NCBI GenBank assembly: GCA_003221005.1 | Contig: QHTZ01000109.1 | Span: 1 to 32,393 of the forward strand | DNA from: Gemmatimonadota bacterium | GTDB taxonomy: Bacteria > Gemmatimonadota > Gemmatimonadetes > Gemmatimonadales > GWC2-71-9 | Direction of reading: 5' to 3' | DNA length: 32,393 nt | Part shown: positions 8,932 through 19,164 of the stretch, in pieces | Position numbering within the stretch: position 1 is the stretch's first letter | Layout: every line of letters begins with the position of its first letter | Notes under the pieces: generated by a model | Seen by the model: only the letters and a program-made list of their open reading frames with translations | Database searches by the model: none | What the model was told of the DNA's origin: nothing | Position numbers and translations under genes: made by a program

Positions 8932-10130
8932 TGCACGGCCTGTTGACTCACAACTCGATCCTGTTCGCTCTTTGGCACCTTCAGGGTCGCCAAGCCCCCC
9001 AATGCCATAACTGCCCCCGCGACCAGAAACGCCGCCGCATGCGACCCGTCGTATACCTCGCCGACGACGATGGGCCCGAGCAGGCGGCCCAGGGCCGAGA
9101 GCGCCTGAGCCGCGCCCAGCACCGTACCCTGCTCGGTGGGATCGGCGAAGATCGACACGAGGCCCGACGCCGCCGGACCGAAGATGCTGTTCGAGAACGC
9201 GAGCACGACGGTCCACGCGTACAGCGCCGGCGTCGAGTGAAGCGCCGGGATCACGGCGATGGCGAGCGCCATGCCGAAACCCCCGGCGATGAGCAGCCTG
9301 CGATCACCGACGCGATGCGCGAGCTTGCCGAACAGGTAGCCCTGCACCACGGCGGCGGTGGCGCCGATCACGGTGAACAACCAGCCGAGCTGCTGTTCTC
9401 GCCAGCCGAAGGCGAGCCCCGCCCACAGCGGCAGCGCCACCGAGTACCCCGCGAACGCGAACGGCGCGATCCCCCAGGCGGCCATGAGCGGCGCGAGCTT
9501 GGGATTGCGCACCGCATCCCCGATGTGGGAGAGGTCCCAGGTACCGCGCTCGCTGCGATGCTCCGCGCGGAGCGACTCGGGGAGAATCAGGTACGCCGAC
9601 ACGAAGTTCAGGAGCGACAAGCCCGCCGCCACGAGGCCGGGCGCCGCCGGGCCGAGGTAGTGCGCCGACAGCCCGCCCACCGCCGGCCCGATGATGAAGC
9701 CGAGCCCGAACGCGGCCCCGATCACGCCCATGCCGCGCGAGCGCTCGCTACGCGTCGTGATGTCCGCCACATATGCCTGCGCCGCCGAAATGTTGCCGCC
9801 CGCGAACCCGGACACGACTCGCGCCAGGAACAACAGGGCGTACGAATGCGCCGCTGCGAACAGCAGATATCCCGCCGCGTTACAGAGCATCGTCGCGAGC
9901 AGGATGGGCCGGCGGCCGACGCGGTCGGAGGTGCGCCCCAGGACGGCCGTGGCCACGAATTGCATCAGTGAGAACACACCGAGCAGCGCTCCCAGGCCGA
10001 ATCCCCCGGCCCCGAGACGCTGCGCGTAGTAGGGCAGGATCGGAATGATGATCCCGAACCCGATGAGATCGACGAGGATGGTGAAGAAGATGACGGACAG
10101 GCGGGAGCGGGCCGCGGGCATGAGGGCCAC
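8925..10130 (-). CDS. MFS transporter, DHA1/TetA-like
   Basis: DLIGFGIIIPILP, motif A GRTSDRVGRRP, motif C-like GLGFIIGPAVGG, about 12 TM helices. Start is GTG 10130 or ATG 10121. Confidence 0.9.
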   Translation of the reverse strand: MALMPAARSRLSVIFFTILVDLIGFGIIIPILPYYAQRLGAGGFGLGALLGVFSLMQFVATAVLGRTSDRVGRRPILLATMLCNAAGYLLFAAAHSYALLFLARVVSGFAGGNISAAQAYVADITTRSERSRGMGVIGAAFGLGFIIGPAVGGLSAHYLGPAAPGLVAAGLSLLNFVSAYLILPESLRAEHRSERGTWDLSHIGDAVRNPKLAPLMAAWGIAPFAFAGYSVALPLWAGLAFGWREQQLGWLFTVIGATAAVVQGYLFGKLAHRVGDRRLLIAGGFGMALAIAVIPALHSTPALYAWTVVLAFSNSIFGPAASGLVSIFADPTEQGTVLGAAQALSALGRLLGPIVVGEVYDGSHAAAFLVAGAVMALGGLATLKVPKSEQDRVVSQQAVQG

Positions 10131-10147
10131 AAATCTAACCCAGAATC

Positions 10148-10206
10148 GTCGGACAGTCGGACGGACTCGCTAGTCCGCCGACAGTCCGACTGTCCGACCG
10201 TCCGAC
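10148..10206. repeat. Inverted array of 8-bp GTCGGAC(A)/GTCCGAC(N) units
   Basis: GTCGGACAGTCGGAC (10148-10162) is the perfect reverse complement of 10184-10198. One further unit runs to 10206, abutting the HtrA stop. Confidence 0.85.
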
Positions 10207-11235
10207 TTAGGAGTCCTCCGGGACGACCCGGAGCTCGCGCTTCTCGGCTCCCCGCACGATCACGATCGGAACCGTCATGCCGACCACGTCACCGGTCAGC
10301 ACCCGGTGCAGGTCGTCGATCCCGGCGACGGCGTGGCCGTTCAGGCTCACGATGACGTCGCCCTTGGCCAGCCCGGCCCGCTCAGCCGGGCTCCCGGACT
10401 CGACGGACATCACGAGCACGCCCCCGGGAACGTCGAGCGCGTGCTCGCGGATCGTGAGCCGCCGCAGCGGCACGTTCTGTCCCGCCACCCCGATCCGGCC
10501 CCGGCGAATGCGCCCTTCCTTGATCACCTGTGCGGCGACGAACTTCGCGGTGTTGATCCCGACCGCGAAGCAGATTCCTTGCGCCGGCAGGATGACGGCG
10601 GTGTTCACCCCGACGACCTGTCCGCGGCCGTTGACGAGCGGACCGCCCGAGTTGCCGGGATTGAGCGCCGCGTCGGTCTGGATCACGTCGTCGATGAGGC
10701 GGCCTCCCACCGACCTGAAGGAGCGGCCGAGCGCGCTGACGACGCCGGCGGTCACGGTCTGCTGGAACCCGTAGGGATTGCCGATCGCGACGACCAGCTC
10801 GCCCACGCGCAGCGCCCGCGAATCACCTAGCGCCGCCGCCGGCAGCCCCGCCCCATTCACGCGGATGACGGCGAGGTCGGTGTCGGGATCGTCACCCGCC
10901 AGCTCGGCCTGGAGGTGGCGGCCGTCGGAGAGTGCGACCTCGATCTTGCTCGCCCCGTGTACCACGTGGCTGTTGGTGAGCGCGAAGCCGTCTTGCGTGA
11001 ACAGAAACCCCGAGCCGTGACCGGGCACATCGCGGAAATCGGACCGGCCGCGGCGCCGGACGCGCTGCTGGACTTCTACTGTTACGACCGTCGGTCCCAC
11101 ACGCTCCGCCGCGCCGATCACCGTGCGGGAATACGCATCGAGCGGCGCCTCGTCGGTTGGGACAGGGATCGGCCCGCCAGCGGCGGGCGGCTGGCCCGTC
11201 TCGGTCGTTGAAAGCGGCGTGAATACAGGAGTCAT
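10207..11235 (-). CDS. HtrA/DegP-family trypsin-like serine protease with one PDZ domain
   Basis: GSGF, TNSHVV (His), DPDTDLAV (Asp), IQTDAALNPGNSGGPL (Ser), and C-terminal PDZ GSPAERAGL..GDVI. Confidence 0.93.
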   Translation of the reverse strand: MTPVFTPLSTTETGQPPAAGGPIPVPTDEAPLDAYSRTVIGAAERVGPTVVTVEVQQRVRRRGRSDFRDVPGHGSGFLFTQDGFALTNSHVVHGASKIEVALSDGRHLQAELAGDDPDTDLAVIRVNGAGLPAAALGDSRALRVGELVVAIGNPYGFQQTVTAGVVSALGRSFRSVGGRLIDDVIQTDAALNPGNSGGPLVNGRGQVVGVNTAVILPAQGICFAVGINTAKFVAAQVIKEGRIRRGRIGVAGQNVPLRRLTIREHALDVPGGVLVMSVESGSPAERAGLAKGDVIVSLNGHAVAGIDDLHRVLTGDVVGMTVPIVIVRGAEKRELRVVPEDS

Positions 11236-11325
11236 CAGGCGCCCTCGCGTCGGAGTTCTCTAGAGGAAACGCCGGGCGGTTCCCCCCGGGCTCCTCGCAC
11301 ACCTGCCGCCGCGGTAGCTTGGAAC

Positions 11326-11853
11326 ATGGTCCTGGCGACCATCCCCCGTCCCGATCTCGTCGAGTATGAGCCGCACTACGAGTCGTACGTGTCCAGGGTA
11401 CCGGCAGGAGACCTCCTAACAATCCTCGAAGACCAGCGGCGGGAAACCCAGCAGCTCCTGAGCGGCATCGCGGACGCCAAGGCCCTGTATCGCTACGCCC
11501 CCGGCAAGTGGAGCATCAAGGAGGTCGTGGGGCACGTGACCGACGCGGAGCGAATCTTTGGCTATCGCGCGCTGCGCTTCGCACGCGGGGATGAGACGCC
11601 GCTACCGGGGTTCGACGAGCAGTCCTACGCGCCCGCTGGCAGGTTCGACGCCCGCCCGCTCGCGAGCCTGGCGGCCGAGCTCGATGTAGTGCGCCGCGCG
11701 ACGATCGCACTGTTCGGCGGGCTGGACCCCGCGACGCTCACCCGACGGGGCACGGCGAACCAGCACGAGATCTCGGTGCGCGCCCTCGCGTACGTCATCG
11801 CCGGACACGAGCGGCATCACGTGGCGATCCTGCGGGAGCGCTACCTGCGGTAG
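11326..11853 (+). CDS. DinB family protein
   Basis: YAPGKWSIKEVVGHVTDAERIF, LPGFDE and IAGHERHH metal-binding histidines. Confidence 0.9.
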   Translation: MVLATIPRPDLVEYEPHYESYVSRVPAGDLLTILEDQRRETQQLLSGIADAKALYRYAPGKWSIKEVVGHVTDAERIFGYRALRFARGDETPLPGFDEQSYAPAGRFDARPLASLAAELDVVRRATIALFGGLDPATLTRRGTANQHEISVRALAYVIAGHERHHVAILRERYLR

Positions 11854-11866
11854 CGGCGTCGCGGAG

Positions 11867-13756
11867 TTACCGGTAACCCGCCGCCTGCAGGCTGAACAGC
11901 TCGGCGTATAACCCGCCGCGCGCCACCAGTTCCTCGTGGGTCCCCTGGTCCACGAGCTCCCCACCTTGAAGCACGAGGATCCGGTCCGCCATCCGCACCG
12001 TGGAGAACCGGTGCGAGATCAGCACCGCCATCCTGCCCTTCGTCAGCTCGGCAAACCGCAGGAACACCTCGTACTCGGCGCGTGCGTCCAGGGACGCCGT
12101 CGGCTCGTCGAGGATCAGCACCTGCGCGTCGCGCATGTAGGCGCGCCCCAGGGCGACCTTCTGCCACTCGCCGCCTGACAGCTCGACGCCGCCGTCAAAG
12201 CGGCGGCCGAGCATCTGGTCATAGCCCTTCTCGAGCCGGGACGCCACCGAGTCCGCGAGGCTGCGGCGCGCCGCCTCGCGCACCCGCGCCTGGTCGTCCA
12301 GCGCCTCCACCTGGCTCACCCCGATGTTCTCCTTGAAGATGAAGTCGTACCGCACGAAGTCCTGGAAGATCACGCCGATGTTGCGGCGCAGGCTCTCCAG
12401 GCCGTAGTCGCGCAGATCGACCCCGTCCAGCAGGATGCGCCCCTCGTCCGGGTCGTAGAGGCGCGCGAGCAGCTTCACGAGAGTCGTCTTGCCCGCGCCG
12501 TTCTCTCCCACCAGCGCGATCCGCTCCTCGGGCTCGAATTTGAAACTCAGGTGCCGCACCGCCCAGCGGTCCGAGCCGGGATAGCGGAACCCCACGTCCT
12601 GGAACTCGAAGCCCGTGCGGATCGGCACGGGGACGGCGCGGGCGCCCGGCCGGGACGTGACCCGTGGCCGCACGTCGAAGAAGCTGAACAGGTCCGAGAG
12701 ATACAGGCTCTGCTCGAACACCTGAGAGACGGAGAGCAGGATCCGCTGGATCAGATCGCGGCTCTGGCGGAACGAGCCCGCCAGGAACGTGAGCGCGCCG
12801 ACGGTGAAGCGACCGAGCACGGTGAGATAGATCGTCACCGCGTAGGCACCGTAGTAGCCCAGCGTACCGATCGTGACGAACACGGTGGAGACGACGTTAC
12901 GCTTCACCGCAAGGCGCTTGTTGGCGTCGTAGAACTGGTCGGAGAGCTTCGCGTAGCGGCCCACCAGGAAGTCCGACAGGCCGAACAACTTGACTTCCTT
13001 GGCCATCTCGTCGGACGCGCCCGCGTAGCGGAGGTAGTCGAGCAGCCGCCGCTCGGGCGTCCAGGAGAAGAGCAGCGAGTATCCCAGGGCGGCGTAGTGC
13101 GTCTCGCCCAGGAAGGATGGCAGCACGGCGACGACGAGCAGCAACAGCAGCCACGGGAGCTGCACCAGCAGCACCCCGGCCAGCGAAGCGAGGGTCACGA
13201 AGTCCTGCGTCGTCGACAGCAGCAGCGCGATCAGCCCGATCCGCCCGACCGTCTGACGGCGGGCGCGCTCCAGGTGATCGTACGTCTCCGCGTCCTCATA
13301 CTGCGCCAAGTCGAGCGTGGCCGCGTGCTGCATCAACCGCACGCTGATGCGGTTTGAAAACAGGTCGCCGAGCAGGCTCTCGAGCAGAGAAGAAAGCCGG
13401 GCGAGCCCTTCACCCCCCACGGCGATCCCGAGCTCTAGCCCCACGAGCACCCCGAGGTGCCACCAGTCGACGGCACCCCCCGCCGACCGCGCTCGCATCC
13501 CGGCGATGACGCCGTCGATGATCAGTTTCCCGATCCACAGGACGGCGAGGGGGATGAACGACCGCACGGCGCGGAGCGCGAGGATCGCGACGGTGTAGCC
13601 ACGGTGCGTCTGATAGACCAGCCGCAGCAGCGGCGGCACGTACTTCAGGGCCTGCAGCCGCTCGTTCCAAGTTGGCGGCTTGCCATCGCCCCCCGAGAGC
13701 AAGCTCCTGGGGCTCGGCAGGATGCCGTGGGAGACGAAGCGAGTTGGCGCGCTCAC
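11867..13756 (-). CDS. ABC transporter, fused permease/ATP-binding exporter
   Basis: N-terminal TM domain, Walker A GENGAGKT, signature LSGGEWQK, Walker B LILDEPT, H-loop ISHR. GTG 13756 chosen for the upstream GGGAAG and to avoid overlap with the divergent gene. Confidence 0.92.
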   Translation of the reverse strand: MSAPTRFVSHGILPSPRSLLSGGDGKPPTWNERLQALKYVPPLLRLVYQTHRGYTVAILALRAVRSFIPLAVLWIGKLIIDGVIAGMRARSAGGAVDWWHLGVLVGLELGIAVGGEGLARLSSLLESLLGDLFSNRISVRLMQHAATLDLAQYEDAETYDHLERARRQTVGRIGLIALLLSTTQDFVTLASLAGVLLVQLPWLLLLLVVAVLPSFLGETHYAALGYSLLFSWTPERRLLDYLRYAGASDEMAKEVKLFGLSDFLVGRYAKLSDQFYDANKRLAVKRNVVSTVFVTIGTLGYYGAYAVTIYLTVLGRFTVGALTFLAGSFRQSRDLIQRILLSVSQVFEQSLYLSDLFSFFDVRPRVTSRPGARAVPVPIRTGFEFQDVGFRYPGSDRWAVRHLSFKFEPEERIALVGENGAGKTTLVKLLARLYDPDEGRILLDGVDLRDYGLESLRRNIGVIFQDFVRYDFIFKENIGVSQVEALDDQARVREAARRSLADSVASRLEKGYDQMLGRRFDGGVELSGGEWQKVALGRAYMRDAQVLILDEPTASLDARAEYEVFLRFAELTKGRMAVLISHRFSTVRMADRILVLQGGELVDQGTHEELVARGGLYAELFSLQAAGYR

Positions 13757-13797
13757 AGCGTTAACTTCCCTCGAGGACCGTGCGTCAATATAACCGC

Positions 13798-15393
<1,596 letters not shown>

Positions 15394-15430
15394 GCGGTAG
15401 GGGCGGTCAGAGGCGGTATCAGGCGGTAAG
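15394..15430 (+). repeat. Tandem ~10-bp GGCGGT-core repeats (4 units), intergenic
   Basis: gcggtagggg cggtcagagg cggtatcagg cggtaag, immediately after the DUF1800 stop. Confidence 0.8.
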
Positions 15431-15448
15431 CGTTTGGAGGAGCGACCG

Positions 15449-16708
15449 ATGTCGATCTCGAGAAGAGTGTTCGTGAAATCAGGCGGCCTGGCGCTGTTCA
15501 GCTTGGGCATGGATCCACTGTTTCTCGCCCGGGCCGCGTTCGCCTCCTACCGCCCCCTACCGCCCCTTACCGCCTCCGACCGTCCGACGCTCGTCTGTCT
15601 GTTCCAGCGTGGCGCCGTGGACGGGCTCAACATGATCGTCCCTCACGGCGACCCCTTGTACTACCGCGAGCGCCCGCGCATCGCCGTGCCGCAGACGGAC
15701 GTCGTGGACCTGGACGGCTACTTTGGCCTGCATCCGCGCCTCGCTGCGCTCGAGCCCTTGTGGGACAACAAGAGCCTCGCTGCGATCCACGCCGTTGGGT
15801 CCCCGGATTCAACCCGCAGTCATTTCGACGCGCAGGACTATATGGAGTCGGGCACACCGGGCGTGAAGGCAACATCCGACGGCTGGCTGAACCGCTACTG
15901 CGAACACGATCGGGAACATCAGCAGACGCCGTTCCGAGCCGTGGCCTTCAGCGCGCGGCTGCCGCGCATCCTCGCGGGCTCGGCGCCGAGTCTGGCGATC
16001 GACGACCTGCAGGCGTTCGGGCTGCGCGCGCCCGGCGCGGCGCGCGACCGCCTCACCCGTGCCTTCGAGGAGCTGTACGCGGGCGCCGCGACCGGGCTGG
16101 TCTCCACCTCGTCGCAGGAAGCGTTTGCAGCGGTCCAGCAGCTGAAGCAGGCGAATCCAGCGCAGTACCAGCCTGCGAACGGCGCCGCATACCCACGCGG
16201 GCGGTTCGGCCATGCGCTGCTGCAAATCGCTCAGCTCATCAAGGCCGACGTCGGCCTGCACGTCGCCTTCGCCGATGTCACCGGCTGGGACACGCACGTC
16301 AACCAGGGGGCGAGCGAAGGCCAGCTCGCGGCCCGGCTCGCCGAGTTCGGCGGGGCGCTCGCCGCATTCGCGCAGGACCTGGGCGAGCGCATGCGTGACG
16401 TCGTGGTGCTCACGATGTCCGAGTTCGGCCGCACCATCCAGGAGAACGGCAACAGCGGCACCGATCACGGTCACGCGACGGCGATGCTCGTGCTGGGCGG
16501 TCCGGTGAATGGAGGCAAGGTGCTGGGCCGGTGGCCGGGACTCGATCCTGCGCAACGCTTCGAAGGACGCGACGTCGCGGTGACGACCGACTTCCGCGAC
16601 CTGTTCGCGGAGGTTCTGGCGCGGCATTTGGGTGCCCCAGACCTGGCGGCGATTTTCCCCGGGTTCACGCCGGACCCGACGCGGTTCGTGGGAGCGATCA
16701 GGGCGTAG
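15449..16708 (+). CDS. DUF1501 domain-containing protein with Tat signal
   Basis: RBS GGAGGAG, ATG 15449, SRRVFVK twin-arginine motif, QRGAVDGLN, FGLHP, RSHFDAQ, GWDTHVNQ, SEFGRT..ENGNSGTDHG, DFRD. Confidence 0.92.
   Translation: MSISRRVFVKSGGLALFSLGMDPLFLARAAFASYRPLPPLTASDRPTLVCLFQRGAVDGLNMIVPHGDPLYYRERPRIAVPQTDVVDLDGYFGLHPRLAALEPLWDNKSLAAIHAVGSPDSTRSHFDAQDYMESGTPGVKATSDGWLNRYCEHDREHQQTPFRAVAFSARLPRILAGSAPSLAIDDLQAFGLRAPGAARDRLTRAFEELYAGAATGLVSTSSQEAFAAVQQLKQANPAQYQPANGAAYPRGRFGHALLQIAQLIKADVGLHVAFADVTGWDTHVNQGASEGQLAARLAEFGGALAAFAQDLGERMRDVVVLTMSEFGRTIQENGNSGTDHGHATAMLVLGGPVNGGKVLGRWPGLDPAQRFEGRDVAVTTDFRDLFAEVLARHLGAPDLAAIFPGFTPDPTRFVGAIRA
15541..15588 (+). repeat. Tandem 10-bp (T)ACCGCC repeats inside the DUF1501 CDS, complementary to 15394-15430
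   Basis: cgcctcctac cgccccctac cgccccttac cgcctccgac cgtccgac, encoding ASYRPLPPLTASDRP. Confidence 0.8.
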
Positions 16709-16836
16709 AACGGCGTCACCAAACGACGTCGAGAAGAGACGTCAAGAAGAGGCGTACCGCCTCAGCGATCGGGGGGCGGGTTCTGGTACAGTCTCGCAAT
16801 CATCATTTACGACAAGCGTCGCTCTGCTGTGCCGCG

Positions 16837-17130
16837 CTAGACCTCGAGGATCAGCTTGCGGTAGTAGGCCAGCGCGCCGCCGCCATACACGCCGATGCCG
16901 AGCAGCAACAGGCCCAGCGCCGGGTGGAGGGTGAGCTGCCACAACCCGAAACCGGCGTAGCCAGCGCTCAAGGCGAACCCCAGCGCCACCACCTCCCGGC
17001 GACCCATGTAGATCCCGAACACATACCCCCAGCTGACCGCGGTGACGCTCAAGAACGCCACCGCGTGCAAGTACTTCGTGGGATCGATGAGGTTGAGCCC
17101 GCCGGCGAAGAGGCAGAACAGGCCGATCAC
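16837..17130 (-). CDS. Small hypothetical membrane protein (about 4 TM); start uncertain
   Basis: Hydrophobic C-terminal part of the 16837..17385 ORF. GTG 17130 is the first standard start that does not overlap the divergent GNAT. Confidence 0.55.
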   Translation of the reverse strand: MIGLFCLFAGGLNLIDPTKYLHAVAFLSVTAVSWGYVFGIYMGRREVVALGFALSAGYAGFGLWQLTLHPALGLLLLGIGVYGGGALAYYRKLILEV

Positions 17131-17160
17131 GGTGTAGGCCGCGAGGTGCAGGCTGTCATC

Positions 17161-17667
17161 ATGCAGGCCACGCGAACCTATCTCGAGCTCACCGACCCCA
17201 CGCAGTTCCGGCCGGCGTTCGGCGATTTCCCGGGTCTCGTTGTGACGCACGTGGAGCACCCCGCTCCGACGCTCTATCGCGACTGTTACCGCACCGTCGG
17301 CGAGGCGTATCATTGGCGCGACCGCTGGAACTGGAGCGACGTGGAGATCGCCGCGCATCTCTCCCGGCCCGAGATCACGCTGCACGTGGCGCAGCGGGGC
17401 GGGCGGCTAGCGGGATGGTATGAGCTGCGTCGGGTGCCCGACGACCGATCGGTCGAAATCGCCTACTTCGGCCTCGCGCCCGACGCGATCGGCCGCGGGC
17501 TCGGCAAACACCTCCTCTCCTGCGCCGTGCGCGACGCATGGGCGCTCGGCGCCGCGAGGGTGTGGCTGCACACTTCCACCCTCGACCACCCGCACGCGCT
17601 GCCGAACTACCAAAAGCGCGGGTTCGTAGCCTACAAGACCGAGGCGTACGAGGTGGCTCGACCGTAG
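17161..17667 (+). CDS. GNAT family N-acetyltransferase
   Basis: ATG 17161 (MQATRTYLEL). YRTVG..YHWRDR, EIAYFGL....GRGLGKHLL, RVWLHTSTLDHPHALPNYQKRGF. Confidence 0.9.
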   Translation: MQATRTYLELTDPTQFRPAFGDFPGLVVTHVEHPAPTLYRDCYRTVGEAYHWRDRWNWSDVEIAAHLSRPEITLHVAQRGGRLAGWYELRRVPDDRSVEIAYFGLAPDAIGRGLGKHLLSCAVRDAWALGAARVWLHTSTLDHPHALPNYQKRGFVAYKTEAYEVARP

Positions 17668-17689
17668 ACCGCCCCGAACCCACCCCGAT

Positions 17690-17793
17690 CCGTGCGCTGA
17701 AGCGCCGGCTCGGCCCAGGCGCGTCTTGAAAGACGCCCGCGCTCCCGTCCTTCAGGACGCGTCGTACGCCGAGCCGGCCCTTAAGGGCACGGA
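17690..17793 (+). repeat. Left copy of ~105-bp structured direct repeat (REPIN-like) flanking tnpA
   Basis: CCGTGCGCTGAAGCGCCGGCTCGGC...GCCGAGCCGGCCCTTAAGGGCACGGA. Near-identical to 18295-18399 and internally palindromic. Confidence 0.93.
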
Positions 17794-17888
17794 CACGTCG
17801 AGCGCCGCGCCTTTTCGATGTGGCCCGCGTTGGTCTGACACTGCGTCGGGACGGATGCTGGCGAGATTGAAACCCGAGGAGGCCGCCC

Positions 17889-18305
17889 GTGCCCGTTCGC
17901 ATCTACGCCCACCTTACGTGGACCACGTTTGCCCGCCTCCCTTTGATCGACGCCTCCATCGCGGCTTTCCTCGAGAAATTCCTTGGCGCCGAGTGCGAGC
18001 GTCAGGGAACCAGAATGCTGGCGGTCGAGATAGTCCGCGACCATGTGCATCTATTGATCGAGCTCCCCGCCGCCTACAACGTCCCCCGACTCGTGCAAGG
18101 TCTCAAAGGGGCGAGTGCACGAATCGCGAATCGTGACCACATCGCGCGGCACGAGTCACTCCGGTGGGCGCAAGGCTACGACCTGCGTTCGGTCGGGCAG
18201 CGACAACTTACCACGGTGGAAGCCTACGTCCGAAACCAACCGGCTCACCACAAGGGCCGAGGACGAGAAGGAAGAGAGTCCGCCCCCGCTGAACCCGTGC
18301 GCTGA
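17889..18305 (+). CDS. tnpA: IS200/IS605-family HUH (Y1) transposase TnpA, without TnpB
   Basis: RBS GAGGAGG. YAHLTWTT, HUH motif DHVHLL, LKGAS, W..GY...SV, catalytic Y in AYVRNQ..HH. 138 aa. Confidence 0.9.
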   Translation: MPVRIYAHLTWTTFARLPLIDASIAAFLEKFLGAECERQGTRMLAVEIVRDHVHLLIELPAAYNVPRLVQGLKGASARIANRDHIARHESLRWAQGYDLRSVGQRQLTTVEAYVRNQPAHHKGRGREGRESAPAEPVR

Positions 18306-18399
18306 AGCGCCGGCTCGGCCCCAGGCGCGTCTTGAAAGACGCCCCGGCCCCCGTCCTTCAGGACGCGTCGTACGCCGAGCCGGCCCTTTAGGGCACGGA
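18295..18399 (+). repeat. Right copy of ~105-bp structured direct repeat
   Basis: Differs from the left copy by one extra C, a few central-loop substitutions and TTAAG>TTTAG. Contains the tnpA TGA stop (18303-18305). Confidence 0.93.
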
Positions 18400-18452
18400 T
18401 TACGCTCGAGCCCGCCGCCCGCTGCGTGCGCTGAACACCCCGCCGACTAACC

Positions 18453-19151
18453 TCACCAGTGGACCTCCCGCCGGTCGCGGAACAGTCTGCCCGTCGGCCC
18501 GCCGTCGGGGAGCGTCGCCAGGAACACGGCGGTGTCGGCACCCCGGGACGCGGAGCGCGGCGCACCGGCGCCGCCCATGTCGGTTCGCACCCAGCCCGGA
18601 TCCACAGCGTTCACGAGCACACCTGAGTCCCGCAACTCGTCCGCTAGAATCCGCGTGATGCCGTTGAGGGCAAGCTTGGAGATCTTGTAGGCGAGCGTAC
18701 GGCTCGTCATTGAGTCCATCTGGCCGTAGCCGCTCGTGACGTTGACGATGCGACCGTAGTGGTGCGCGGTCATGAGCGGTACCAACGCCTGGCAGAGCTG
18801 CAACGGGCCGAGTGTGTTGGTCTCGAGCGTGGCCCGAACGGTGCCGGCATCCACCTCGAGTCCGGAGGCGCCCTCGTCGAGGTAGACTCCGGCGTTGTTG
18901 ACGAGCACGTCGACGCGGCCGAGCTCACGCTCGAGCCACTCCTTGACCGCAGCGATGCTGTGCGCGTCTGTGACGTCGAGCGGTTGCGCGACGATCTGGC
19001 CGCCCTGCGCCTCCAGCGCTGCGACGGCCGCCCGCGCCTTGGCCTCGTCTCGCGCCGTGAGGACGACCTTCAGCCCCAGCCGGGCGAGCTGCCGGCATAC
19101 TTCGAGCCCGATGCCCCGGTTGGCGCCCGTGACCAGGGCGACACGCGGCAC
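18453..19151 (-). CDS. SDR family oxidoreductase (carbonyl reductase-like)
   Basis: VALVTGANRGIG, LVNNAG, catalytic YKISK, AVDPGWVRTDMGG. GTG 19151 with GGAG upstream. Confidence 0.92.
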   Translation of the reverse strand: MPRVALVTGANRGIGLEVCRQLARLGLKVVLTARDEAKARAAVAALEAQGGQIVAQPLDVTDAHSIAAVKEWLERELGRVDVLVNNAGVYLDEGASGLEVDAGTVRATLETNTLGPLQLCQALVPLMTAHHYGRIVNVTSGYGQMDSMTSRTLAYKISKLALNGITRILADELRDSGVLVNAVDPGWVRTDMGGAGAPRSASRGADTAVFLATLPDGGPTGRLFRDRREVHW

Positions 19152-19164
19152 TAGATTCTCCGGC

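Larger units (their letters stand above)
17690..18399 (+). mobile_element. Repeat-tnpA-repeat unit (IS200-like element or REPtron-like locus)
   Basis: tnpA is bracketed by two copies of the same hairpin-rich repeat and lies between convergent housekeeping genes. Exact element ends are unknown. Confidence 0.7.

Noticed and set aside
8925-10130. Bona fide tetracycline resistance gene tetA
   Set aside because: Only family-level DHA1 similarity, with no tetR or mobile context. The substrate cannot be assigned.
16709-16836. Small ORF or ncRNA in the gap after DUF1501
   Set aside because: Only very short ORFs without an RBS, and no convincing structure seen.
17690-18399. CRISPR array or IS605 element with TnpB/omegaRNA
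   Set aside because: Only two ~105-bp repeats separated by a gene, with no spacers and no cas or RuvC-type ORF nearby.
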